From the NCBI GenBank assembly GCA_000934665.2, contig KZ538057.1, forward strand, positions 1 through 64,000: 64,000 nucleotides of DNA, read 5' to 3'. Positions within the stretch are counted from its first letter, which is position 1, and each line of letters opens with the position of its first letter. This document shows positions 1-13,000 of this stretch, piece after piece. A model generated the notes under the pieces. It was given only the letters and a program-made list of their open reading frames with translations, was not told the DNA's origin and ran no database searches. Source of the stretch: Catajapyx aquilonaris. Its lineage: Eukaryota. The translations under genes and the position numbers were made by a program.

Positions 1-44
1 GATCCCCTTCGATCCCCTTCGATCCCCTTCGATCCCCTTCGATC
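1..44. repeat. 10-bp tandem repeat (GATCCCCTTC)x4+, truncated by window edge
   Basis: Four exact copies of gatccccttc plus gatc. Probably internal to a transposon whose end (gtgtgaaacccgact, ~213-227) resembles a Harbinger-type TIR. Confidence 0.85.
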
Positions 45-229
45 GCCCGAGCGCGCCGCCTGGCGTGGCGAAGGAGGAGAGAAAAGAGCAAACAGCAAAG
101 ATGGCTGCCTCGGGCGACAAGCTCGTGACAAGCATTTGGCGGGCCCCCGCTCGCGCGCCCTAGCGGCAAACTGGACAATTGGTAGCAACAACAACTCCGA
201 AAATGGAACACCCGTGTGAAACCCGACTC

Positions 230-370
230 TGTGCTGATTGGCGGGACCTTCCGGCGACTGGGCAGAGTTGTAGGGAGTGCAATTCTGCCCCGGCATGTCG
301 GGTGAAAAGCTGAACACCAAGCAGAGGTGACAGGGACAGGATTTGAACCCCGGCCTCTCCAGGTCAGGAT
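230..370 (-). mobile_element. Probable tRNA-derived SINE fragment
   Basis: Minus-strand B-box-like GGGGTTCAAATCC at ~338-351. No intact cloverleaf or TSD seen. Confidence 0.4.
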
Positions 371-1002
371 TGAACATTTGGAATAAATAAGGCATGAGCA
401 TGAGCGTACTTATAAAACCAGTTGTTACTTCTACTACAACAATACAAGTGTACAATTGATTGGAAATCCTGATATACGAATGGAAGTCAACCCTTCGTCA
501 CATAAATATATACTTACAAAAGAAGTGTCACATGCTCCACCGTATCACAGATTAAGGGTTACAAAGGGAGTTGAGTGTTAACAGATTCTGCTTTGTGGAA
601 GCGGAGTGGAAACTCACATGTCCGTAGGTGATTCTGAAGCGCTTTGTTAGTGCTGGTACATTGAAATATTGTGATGGAATCATTGTAAGCAAATCTTTCA
701 TACCAATCCCATTTCTGAATCACCAGTGGTGTAATGAGTCTGCACAGCTTCTAAGTCAATGTGGAAGATCGGCAACAAGTAAAAAAAATACAGCAGTCAC
801 AACAAGTCAGGCAGTGCATGGCTCAACAATACAGGCTATGTACAAAAACAATTGGTGAAAATGACCGTTTGGAATAACAATGTACAATTGTGCCAAGATC
901 ACAGCTTCGTTGACACCAACACTCACATCTCTAAGGCACTACGCAGCATCTAACAAGATTCTACAAAGAGTTGGCACCGAATTGTGAGAAGGAAATGACA
1001 GT

Positions 1003-4000
1003 TCATGTTGGGTTGTAGGGAAGCACCAAGGATGCTGCTCTCTGTTGGACTGGCAGCCTGACGCTGGAGTGACTTGAAGCGATGGAAGCCCTGCTGAGTG
1101 CCTTCCTCCCACCGCCAAAGGGTATCCACGATCCTCCCCTCTTCATTGGTGAAGGGAGTCCAACCATTCCCGCAGGAAGAGTTGCACTCCCGATGACAAT
1201 GTCTCGGTTCACTGCCAGCTGTTTTTGTGGTGCAGGAGATGCAGGCCTGCTACGTTTCTGCTGCTTGCCTGAAATGTGACAGCTCGGCTTAGCAACTATG
1301 TCGTTTTGAATCATTTTCAACTAAGCACATGAAAACAGCAAGTAAAGGTGGAGGTAAGAATGAACCAAGGTAAAAACCAGGACTCACCACTATTAAAAAT
1401 CACCGAAGCATTCAGAAAGCCAAAGTCGAATGGAAGAAAGTCTTGAATGCTGATTGCAATACTGGTACTGCAAACAAATGTAAGTAAAGCAAAGAGAAAA
1501 TAACAGCTACCACCAAATTAGGAGAAAGCAATTTTGTATTGTGAAACTAAAACTATAAACATAGCGTAAGTTATTTTAATGGTTATTTGTAATGCACAAT
1601 CAAGTTACGGTATTATGCAACACTATGCCATTAGAGTATAACCTGATCCATCATTTTTGCCACACTCCCTTCAGGGTTAATTTAAATTGCAAAAATATTC
1701 TTTATTCTGGAACCCTAAAAATTGCATGATGGACCTGGAAAATGATAGATCGAGGTTTCATTGTGCTAATATGCAAGTTACAGTTGTAAAAAAAAAGTCA
1801 AGAAAAATCGAAGTATAAATTATTATTAATGAAGAGCACAAAATGGTGCAGTCACAGGCAGAAACACAGAAAAAAAAAAAATCACATACTTTACTCAGGC
1901 TGTGAATGATATACTGTAATCCAGATTCTAGCAACTTCAATAGTTAGAACAATTATGCCAGTAGCAAACATCTACATTGGCAGGCATGCACATTCTTTGC
2001 TAGAAACATTGCTAATGAAAACATTTATCAGCTTGCATCTAACCTTATTCAGACTAGCATAATTCAACAAGAGACTATTTCAAGGCCTTACACATGCAAA
2101 ATGATTTGAATATTGGTGTTACCACTATAAGCAAGTTAGTTCTGTAACATGAGCTCCCACTCAAGGCATGAACCATGGGCCAATGGTTTCTAACATGCAT
2201 AAAAAATGGTAATAAAAATGGTCAAGTAATGGGCTTGTTCTAACCTGTAGGTTTCCTTGGCTTTCCCTTCCCCCCCTTGTGTGTCAAAGCGAGAGAAACT
2301 GCCCTCTCCTTGGCAGTCTGCGAAAAGGCCATCCCCTCCTCCCTGTCCCTTTGCACTAAAGCCCTCTCCTCCCTCAGGGCCTCCATCCACCGCTGCTTCT
2401 CTGCTGCAGATCTGCACTGGAACACCATCCACTTGCTACGCTCCTGGCTGTACACCCGCCATCCATGCCTCACCCCACCTGCTACAACTCCTGCTGTTGA
2501 AGAGGAAGCAGGCTTGTGCCCAGCCTCTGGGATGTCCACTACCATGCTGGTGTCTAGATTGATTCTCCCCTTGTAGATGTAGGTATGGCGCTTGAGAAGG
2601 TCCTTCTTGCAGTAGACCAGTTGGTGGTCAAATAGGAAAAGAGTCAGCTCCTTGGTCCACTTCCCAGAGCTCACTTTGCTCACTTCCCCTTGGTGGATCA
2701 GCTGTGAGCTGCGACACAGCAAGCTGTCACCCTGCAAGTGCAATTGCGTTAATATCCTCTCTTCCATGCAAATCACATTCAAGAACAGTCACAAACTTAA
2801 ACTGACCTCCCATCCTTCAACCCCAATCTGCCATGCAGCCAGCTTCTCCAGGCACTCAACCCTCCTTTTCCGCTCATTGATCCTAGCTGCAACCTGCCGC
2901 ATGGACTCGAGTGCCGCAGACACTGGCTGATAGTCTGGGTGATCTGCCTTGGTGTACTTCAGCAGTTCTGCCAGCTGGAGAGGGTACTTGCAGATCTTCT
3001 GCACAGGGGTAAGGAGGAATCCATCCAAGGAGATCTCAATCATCCCTCGCAGCAGGCGGCATGCCTCGAAGAAGTGTTGGTATCGAGGGTCCTCATAAAG
3101 CTCTTGCAAGAGGGACACTGCCCAGGGGTGGTTGTTGCAGTACTCCGAGTAGATCTCAAAGCCCGGACGCTGGAATGAGTTAAATTTTTATCCTGCAGTA
3201 CATGAACCCACATTGATTACGGCTGGTTCAACATGCCTCATTAGTATTGGCACTTACAAATTTGAGAAAGCAGTCCCCAATACACGATTGGTGAGGTTGT
3301 TCCCAATTGACCCACGACTCCAGTGCTGCAAGAAATGCCTTGTGGAACTCATGTAGCTGTTCTACATTGCCAAATATGGTTAAGATTTGCTCTGAAGAAA
3401 ACATGTCTGTCCTGCATTTGGCCTGTCTCACAAAACCCTGTAAAATATAACCAGAATTTAGTACAGGAACCAAATAACTTAAAACAGTGATGCATTACCT
3501 CCACAACATCCTGCAAATTCTTCACAAAGTCTCGCTCAGTGGAAACTATCTCCTTGATGACATTTGACCTGACCTGGTCAGTGGACAACAAAGAAATGCT
3601 CCTCTGCCGCTGGATGCTGGTCTGTACGTTATTCTGTTTAATGGCCTCCAAGCACTCTTCCACTGTTTCTTCTTGACTTACACGCAACTGCAATCATAAG
3701 GTATTACTTTGCAACTTCTGCAGTGATATCCAAGTAACAAGATGTGCACAAGTGATGTTACAGCACTTCGAATGATGTCTCATGTTCAACTCACCCTGAC
3801 AAATGAAGCAGGAAACCACCCCCCTCTGCTTCCCCTGATTCCCCACCACCAGTCACTATCCTGTGAGTCCACCACCTCAATCACATCTCCCACCCGGAAG
3901 GACAGCTCCTCTGGGTCAAGGGTCACATGATGCCAGAGTGCCTCGGCATACATCACCGACCCTTCTTCCAGAGCCTTTGGGACAGAAAGAATTATTAGAT

Positions 4001-7000
4001 ATGATATCCTAATCACCTAATGCATAATGGTACGGTACCTGGTCTAGAGAAGATGCCCGCATTCGCCTCTCCAAAGTTGTGCTTTGAGAGGATGGGTGCG
4101 AGGATGTAGGAGCAGATGGAGCCAGGTCTTCCTCTGATGAATTCACAGAGGATGCTACGCCATGATCTTCATCGCTTGGAAGATCTGCAGAGGAGCGCCG
4201 TGGAGTACTGGTTTCAACTGTAAGAGTTTTCTTATTATGACCAACTGCTGAGGACCAATTAGAAGCACATCAAAATAGAGCACGAATTACACAATGACAT
4301 TATTGCGTTAAAAGTAGCACTTACATCGCAGAGTATTGGTTTGAGATACTGCAGGTTGATGGAGGTCAGTTGGCTGACTAGTGCATCTTTTTGCATGACT
4401 CAGGCTGGAAAAGAGGGTATGTTAGTACCACATAAGCAACTACAAATGTACCCAATTTGCTACGAAGTTTGTACCTTTCTCCAGACAACAGAGCATTCAC
4501 ACGAGTCCCTCTCCAGCTCTTCCTCAGTGTCCCTGATGCAGAATGACATGTGACATTCAAAGACTCCGATTCTGATGGCTGACTGAGGCTTCCCCTCCCT
4601 GAAGAACCTCCCAAGTCAGACAGGCTTCTTTGCAAAGGGGGTCTTCCAGGAGCCCATGGTGGGTGGGGGCCAATCTTGTATGTTTTTAATCTGGTTGGAC
4701 TCATGAGGTCGGAGAGAGGCCTCTTCTTCCCCAGGCTGTTGCAGCAATGATTTGGGCCCATGTTTTCTTTTCCCATCAGATCCATTTGAGAGTAATGATT
4801 TTCCGAATCACAAGAGCTTCCAACCATCTAAGTAAGAGTGAGAAAAAAGGTTATCCTGAAGCATTTATACTCAATGTGCCAAACCACAACATTATGCAAG
4901 AGTACAAGCAGGCAGCCCTCCATATCTGCAGAAGCTCAAGCATATGGCGTAGTATATCCATACAGCCTCTGCATATCATCCCATGCACTGTGAATCATGT
5001 CCCTTCCCGAATATTTTTGATCCATGTATTCACAGGTGGGTCGACTGTAGTATTTAAATAAGAAAGGCTAGTCATCACAAACACTCACCTCAAGTTGAAT
5101 TCCACTGTCACCACTGTTGCATTTGGCATTTCTGATTGCTTTCTTGCCCTTCTTTCGTTCTCGGCTGGAGCGCCAGACCAATGGCCCGAACCTGTACGTG
5201 GGTTCATGATTATGCACAATGAAAATCCATATCATCTAATGACTCGACTGCTTACACCAGCCCATATGGCCATATGGCACACCCTTTGGAAGCGTTGCAT
5301 CTATTAGTGATTTTTTGCCATCTTACTATCATTTAGTTAGCAATAAATTACAAATTGGTTCGCACAACATGCAAAATTGTCTACAGCACTCACTTGAAAA
5401 CTGTGTCAACATGTCTTTCTGTGTCTTGACCGGATGAGGTGCAGGAAAGCGGGGGCATTTCTTGTGAGCTTTCCTTCACTTCCTTCCAAGATGACGCATC
5501 ATCAGGAACATCTATATCCTGGCTGGGCAATGTAGCAGTCCCTAAACTACTGCTAGACGATCGTTTGTTAAATCGAAGTGAGAACGTCTTGCGGAATTTT
5601 TGGAGGATTCCTGCTTGTCCTGCAAGAGGGTTATGGTAAGTGTGACATTCCAAGTGTGATACACACAATCCTTACTCACCAACTTCCACAGGCGAATCCC
5701 GGTGAGCAGTTGGGTGATCAGATTCTACTGGTCCAATCTGGTCTTCCAGAGTTGACTGTAGCTGACTGATAGATTGTGTGGTCACAAGGCGTTCTGTTCC
5801 AGGGTCTGAAACAGCTCGAGACCACGGCCTGCCAAAATAAATAAAAAAACACTGTTCAAGTGCTGCACAATTGGAAGAGGCATAAGTGACCATGGCACAA
5901 ACCTGTGGATATCCCACTCCGAGTGGCTCAACCCCAGCCTGTCAGCCAGTGGAGCTGACTTGGATCGTGACGATCTGCTCCGGCATTGTGCCTCCAGTGC
6001 CTTCTGCTCCTACGGTTACAAAAGTCATCTTAGAACATGATTTCAAATCAAAACATCTCAGCTTTGTGTACCCCTTACCTGACTTCTCTTCTTGATCAAC
6101 GTGTAATCCAATTCTTGAGATCCTCGGTTACTGCTGGACTGCTTGGCAAGATCTGATCTTCTCCATGGCAGCAAAAGACTTCAATTGAAAAGAAAAATTC
6201 AGTTAACATTGTTCAGGTCCAAGTCTACTCATAGCAGATAATTATTAATTGCCACTGTTCACCAGAAAAAAACTCATATGTATATTACTGTGCCACAATT
6301 TCAAGGATTTAAATCATAATGATTACTGTACAAAACCACCATCTGCTGTATAATATTAAGTCATTTACATAATCTAGTTTTTCTAACCCCAATCATTTCC
6401 ATATGCATTATGGTTTGGAGCCCCCTGAAATTTCACACCCTCAAATATTCCAATCCGCGCTTCTCGTGTACTTTTCTGAATGGAGAAAAAAAAAAAAAAA
6501 CCTTGGAGGTCACACACGGGCACAGTCTTGCCAGAACCCCGTCTTCTCCTTCTTATCCGGATGAGATGATTGTAAAGGAATGTTCCGAGTGAAATGAGGC
6601 GGGCAGGCCGGTCCCCCGCACGCAATCGGAGTCACGAGAATCGGAAATACCCATTGTGAACCAGTTACGCCTCCCCAAATTTTCTAACTATACAAATCCG
6701 ACAAAAATCCTCAAAAGTCAAAACTTTAATTTGAACCCCCCCCCCCCTCCCAAAAAAAATTTAGCCACCAGTTAATCGGATTACCTCATAGTACAAAAAC
6801 AGGTCCTTCCATATCCCAAACCGGTCCAAAATGTTTCCAACCAAATCCCATCGCACTTGACAAAGTGACTCACGCTCTTGGCAGGTATACGTGATATTAA
6901 GACTGCAATGAGCGGGGGTCTCCTGATCCAACCGGCCGATTCACAGGAATGTTTCTTTCAGTCCTTCTCCACAACGGCATTGTGGCTTCTTATTCACGGT

Positions 7001-10000
7001 GCCTACCCACAAGCACGACACTGCCAGAAAAAAAAAAATACCTTTCAGAGACGTCTGGTATTTTTAACCCGAAGAGATGTTGCCTGTATGATGACGGAAA
7101 GAGTATCCAAGAGAAAAGCCATGTGCTGATATTAGTTCCGGTTCTATATTAGAACGCAGGTACTTCCAATGTTGCACAACACCCGATCTTTGCACCTAGT
7201 AAACACCCCCCCTAATCTACTAATCTGCAAACACACCTAGCAGGTGTCCTTTCCTGCACCGCTGATATACCGACGGTCTACATTTTCAAGAGAAGCCGGT
7301 TTCAGCTCCAAAATTTCCATTACGTGATCAAGTTGCAATATTTGGGCCACTCGACTACCAGAGTATCTCTCGAAACGATACTTCCGTTTCCCAGACGCAT
7401 AATTACACACACGTGCCAGAAGTGTCTCGTCCCACATACCGGCAGTCACACACCTTCTGGATGCGCTCCAGAGATTCGTCTCTTGCCCCTATGTCCCTTT
7501 GCCAAACATAGCATCTGAATAAGCACAGAACTTCTCAAGTCCTCCTCCATCGATTCTGGAGAAAGCAAATCGGCATGGTAATCTCACGATTTACTTTCGC
7601 TCGCGTAACAAATCAGCAAGTTCATGGGAATGCAGACATGGATGGTTCCCTAGCAGGCTGGGGAGTACCTGTAGTAGCCCACGTTTAGCAAGAGAACGTG
7701 ACAATGCGTATGCAGCAGGTTTTCTTTAGTGGGCTTACCGCACAGATAACCGTGAACCAGCTCCATACGGTATAACACGCTTCGGTCAAACCACCATGTA
7801 CGACCATAGTTCATCCTAGAAGTGGGTCTATCCAATGTGGACTGATTCCCCCAACACTTTGATAGCGATTGCGACTATAAAGACGCAGCTTGAAAAACAA
7901 CAACAATCTGTATTCCCTCACACGTTTTCTTCGTAAAGACACGCGGCAGGTGCATGAAGCCAGCCTATTAAACCGTGGTTATATGGTAGCAACCTCAGTA
8001 CAAAAGCTGAAGAGCTTCCCCCAGCGTATAACAGCTGTCCAATAGCCAGGGAACCGGAAGTTACACCTCATTTTTTTTTCTTTCAAAAACCACAAGGCGA
8101 CTCTGATTACACCCCCATCCCCACAAGGCTATTACGTGCTCAAATCAGACGATTCCCTATACAAAAATGTGTTGTAACATACCCAAACCCGGCAGTGAAT
8201 ATGGAACTGACCTTTTCCGTAGGCACGACTTATGCTAATTTCAACCGACTTTCCCCTTAAAATCCTCATTCCGCAATCGACCACGTTACGTGCCAATATT
8301 CACGCTATCGGAATTCGCAAAATTTACTTGGATTCAGCCAGCCCTATAATCCGGTTAGTACATTCGCAATATAAGTTTCATATTACGTATTCTTCCACTC
8401 CCTCAAAGGAACTAACCGCCACACAATCCTGGGAATGCGATATTGCGAATCTGCGAATACACCCAACCATGGCCATTACCGGCGGAAGCACTTCCTCAAA
8501 ACTCGCGGGAAAAAACCCGAGAAAATGCCTGGTCACCGCTCTTTTCATTCACACACTTAGCTTATCGCAGGGCATTTCATCAAGCCACATAATCCCACTT
8601 ATAGAGTTTTGCCCATAAATCCTCATCTTAACACCCCGGAAGCAGCTATCCCTCCCCCCCTGTTATTATAATCCCAGATTGTGTCCAGCCGATGCAATTC
8701 GGCCGAATCCCATCTCGTGCTTCGTGAGCGATCGTCCAGATTGTCAGGACTTAAGACTTTCTCTTCCAATCCCGAAATTTCTCCTTCCTTTTTTTTTTTT
8801 AATGCTATTTAGCCAGCGGTCAGCGATGACATGGGAAACGTTCAAAATGGGCGAGGGGAAAGTCACCTGTCAACACTGATCTGATCTCCTGATTTATTAC
8901 AGGCATACGACAGTTTCACTCTCGGAAATATTGTCCGGGGACATGTTTCGCATCCAACAACTTCCCGCAAAACGACCTTGGCCGTCCGCCTCTGACGTCA
9001 TCCAGGTGTGCAAATTAGCTACCGGCCAGTTTCGGATGAGGGAAGTCAATGGCCCACAGAATGAGTCAGCTATGCTCATTATGAGTTTTTCTTCCGCCGG
9101 TACCGAGAATCCTTGATGTCTTAATGACACCCCTGCAAGTTCTGACGTCCGCGCTCACCTTCTTGTAAATCCGCTGGGTATCACTTATCGCATTGTGAAA
9201 GCGGAAGATACCGTGTTCAAACACACCGAAAAGTGCATGTTTCACACTAAATTGTACCGCCGATAATTTAAAAAAAATATAAGGCACTATCTGGCCATTG
9301 TCTTCATACATTCCTAAGAATATTGTTCTCTTCCGGACCACGACAAATTATCTGAACGTACTCAGCCTCTGAGCTTGTGGGCCTTGAGTCCCAATGGTGC
9401 AAGATGGTGGTGGGCCATATCTGCTGGCCCCCTGTGTCCAGGTGGCACAGGGAGGCCAGGGGCAGCTCCCCGAGGTAGGGTGAGAAGTGCCAGCTGTGTC
9501 GCAAGGAGCTTGTTCCTTTGTTCCTGGACCCTTCCCTCAGCCTCATAACTCTCCAAGCCTGCTGAGGATTCCTTTTAGTGCCTATCCAGATTGAAATATA
9601 TTTGGCTCAAAAAGTGGCTGCAATCTCATCCTGCATTGCTATGCCCCAAAAATACCACGCACTTCACTAATCAGCTCAATGTACTGGATATGTAATTTTT
9701 TTTAAATGTATAAGCCACCAACCGAGCCACCAACGGTCTTCTACTCAATTACGCAAGCAAAACCAGTTTCAAATGGCCTTGGTACCAATGCAGAAAAGTA
9801 CGTTGGGTACCTGTCGCCGGATGAGGTTACAGCCAACGCGAGTACATACCAGACGACCGTCAAATCCACTCGATAAATCGTGTCACTATTGAAGTGATGA
9901 GGTCACACTAAACGCGACACGGCCTTCGCTGACCGGACGAAAACACACGCATTATTTAGGCCACACACTAAAAAAAAACTGAAGAGAACCACCCGACACA

Positions 10001-13000
10001 CTCCTGCTGTTAGCAAACGCCCGAATTGAAGTGAACATGTGCTGTTCATATGGAGACTCGGTGCATGCCTGGCGCATGCGTCGTGCGGGGTTGGCAAGGG
10101 TGGCCAAAATTCTGGCCTTGTTGACCATAGATAAAACCGATACCTGTTTTTCAAAGGGGACCAAATCAGGGCTTCAACTGCGATGCCCAGCGTCCAGGAC
10201 CACCACCAGTCTTCCATGGCTATAGGAGGGTACTGGGCTTGGCATCGGAGCTAAGTTTTGCCTAAATATCACGCGTGAAACAATGGTTGTTTAATTGCCA
10301 CAGCAGCACCCAACCTACATTTAGAGTCTGACACCTTAGCGATAAGAGTTAGAAAGGTCTAGATTTATGCCGTGTGTTAAGTGCCTATTCAGTCGGCAAA
10401 AAAAAGGGGTTTTCAATAGGCACCGAGTGTGCAGTGAACCCTGCCGTTTTCGAACAAAGGTATACTTTTTGCCTGCATTTGGGTTTCATAATGCTAAACC
10501 GGAAGAAGCGCGTCGTTTTTCCTACTAAGGTCCCCCTCACAGACAGGAAGTGTCGTCTGCTTCAGACTGCAGCTGCTGTAATGATCAAGGAGCAGGAACT
10601 CCGTGGGTAACATGTGTGAGTAGTTGGCAAAAAAAAAAGGACTTGCGACATCTATTATGAAATGCATGTCAAAAGAGAGACATGTTTGAGAAGGTGCAAA
10701 GCTCGTCCTTGCCACGTGGCCTTGTTGACCAACAAGATGACAAACAGCCATCCTGTGGGACATACAGCACTGCCTAATCTTGTGGGTTGCATATGTAGCA
10801 GGATATTCCAATAATGTGAATTTGGGTGAAACTCAATATTGAGACTGATGACCAGGTCAAGGCGTTCGTTTATAATCTGTCAATGGTGCCGACTTATCGC
10901 ACTGAATTTCCAGATATAAGCCGAATTGCGATTGTAATCCAATGTCATATGGTTGTCAATCATACTGCCAGGGAGTGCTTATAATGTAATCCATGGGTCA
11001 CTACTCCTGTAATAATTTACGTGTATAAAAGATGTCTTAATTGCAAATGAAGATGTCCTATTATAGTTTGATCTGCAATCCCATTGCCTCCCAATTTTGA
11101 CCAATTGGTCGGAGGAAATATAGGGTTGCAGATCAAACGATATTGACCAATTTGGTGGCAAACACTATACAAAATTCACTGAGGTTACGTAACATCTACG
11201 TGTGTGAAATGCGAGTGCCGACTAATCTTGATAGCTCAGTTTGAGAGAAATAATTCATTGGCATACAATATCTACGCTTTCAATCTGGCTCATATTGATG
11301 AAACTTTCCTGATGGACTCGGGACATCAATGACTGTTAAATTAAACAAGGCTGCGGCATGCAGTGATGGAAATGGAGGTAATATCCGGCCGTATTCTGAC
11401 AACTGTGAACAAGGAAAAGCAGAGTTTGTGCCGCTATAGATGAGTTTATTGAACAGACAAATGCACGTGATCGAATACATCGCAAAGGTATACATCTTAA
11501 TAAAGCTAATACGGCCATGTGAGGTGCATTATTATTCCTTTTAATATATAGGGTTTCACATCATAAAGTTTGTGCAATTATATGGCTGTTGCACACGGAA
11601 CCGTGCATAACAGTGCCTAAAACAGTTCTGGATTAGTCGGTACATTTTCTGAAGTAGAAACAAGGAAACACCAATGGTCCAACCAACCACCAGAAGCAAA
11701 AAAGCACCACAAAGTTTGCTCAGCGTCAGAGATCTCACTTGCTCACCATCACTTTCGATAATCCCAAAGGAGGTCTCTCCTGCCCTGGCTTTGGCCAAAC
11801 CCTCTCTAAATTTTTCGTACGAACCGACTTTTATGAAATGGATAATAAATCCCCCTTCAATAATGCCTTGAAGTGCATCATTGTAGGTGTTTCTAATAAG
11901 CGCATCTTTCCGAAGTCCAGAACTGTAATAGGTAAAGAATTCTTTGGCCGGAGCAATGATCAGCAATTTCTGTCCTTCCATATTCACATATAAACTGGAA
12001 AATGCTTCAAAGATAAGTGAGAATGAAATGCAAGCTTGCTTCTTCGTTACGCTTACTCTCATACAATCCCACTCATCTGCAAACTGCTCGTTGGCAGCGA
12101 ACATATCAGTGTATAACTGAATTCCCGCCTTGTCAACATACATCTGAAAAAGCAATCCGTGACCATAAGGAACACCGGTAGTGTATTTTAACAACGGTAG
12201 ATCCGAAAATTCTAATGGGAGTGGTTCGTAAACGGGGATGGTGAGGAATGAGAAAAGCATCTCTTGATAGCCACATGAGATAACCATGGCAAAATATAGC
12301 CAGAAGAGTAGGAAGAGACGTGGTGCGTCACCTTCAGGAAACTCTTCCCGCGGATTTTGTTCAATAAGGGCTCTAGAACAACTGTTAACAGTAAACAAGA
12401 ACAAAGACGTAAAACTCTGTGCCCTGACAGCATCCGGACAAGTAAAATCAGTCTTAAGCAAGACAGCTAACACAAATGATGACAGCAGGAGCGTCAGAAA
12501 GATGAGAATCCATAAACCGTAGCTGTATGACCACACTATGGCTCCCCATGAGGTCACAACATTTGGCCTTCCAGTCACAAATGCTACGGGAGAGAAATAG
12601 ACCTGCGAAGATAAGTCGATGAAAGGCATGCTTTCCTCAGAAGACCTGGACATAAAAGCAATGTCACATGTATGTCTCAGGAGGTGGTCCACAGTTCCTA
12701 TGAAGGTACCGTTGGGACGACGAGATTCCAGCATTTCAGTCGGATCGAAAGGGTCCGGTACGAACACGAAGTTCATCTTCCTTGATATTAAGTAAAAGAC
12801 GAGCCCGTCACCTGACATGGCCCTGTGCCCTTTTCCTTTGTACACAGAATTCAGATTTTCGTAGTCCAGCTCACGCACGTAAGCCACTCTAAGTTCCTTG
12901 CCGCCTAGATTTGTGGTCATATCAGGAAACAAATCCACAACTTTGAAGTACGTGTCATCTCCTAAATAAGCAGGCATAATGATTGTTTTTGAATTTTCTG

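Noticed and set aside
1..44. Short direct repeats resembling a CRISPR or telomeric array
   Set aside because: There are no spacers, the context is eukaryotic, and the unit is not a telomeric motif I recognise; it is a simple minisatellite.
10800..11520. Possible further IR remnant downstream of the pair
   Set aside because: Only a hydrophobic start (MAVLALL) and no collinear IR motifs found.
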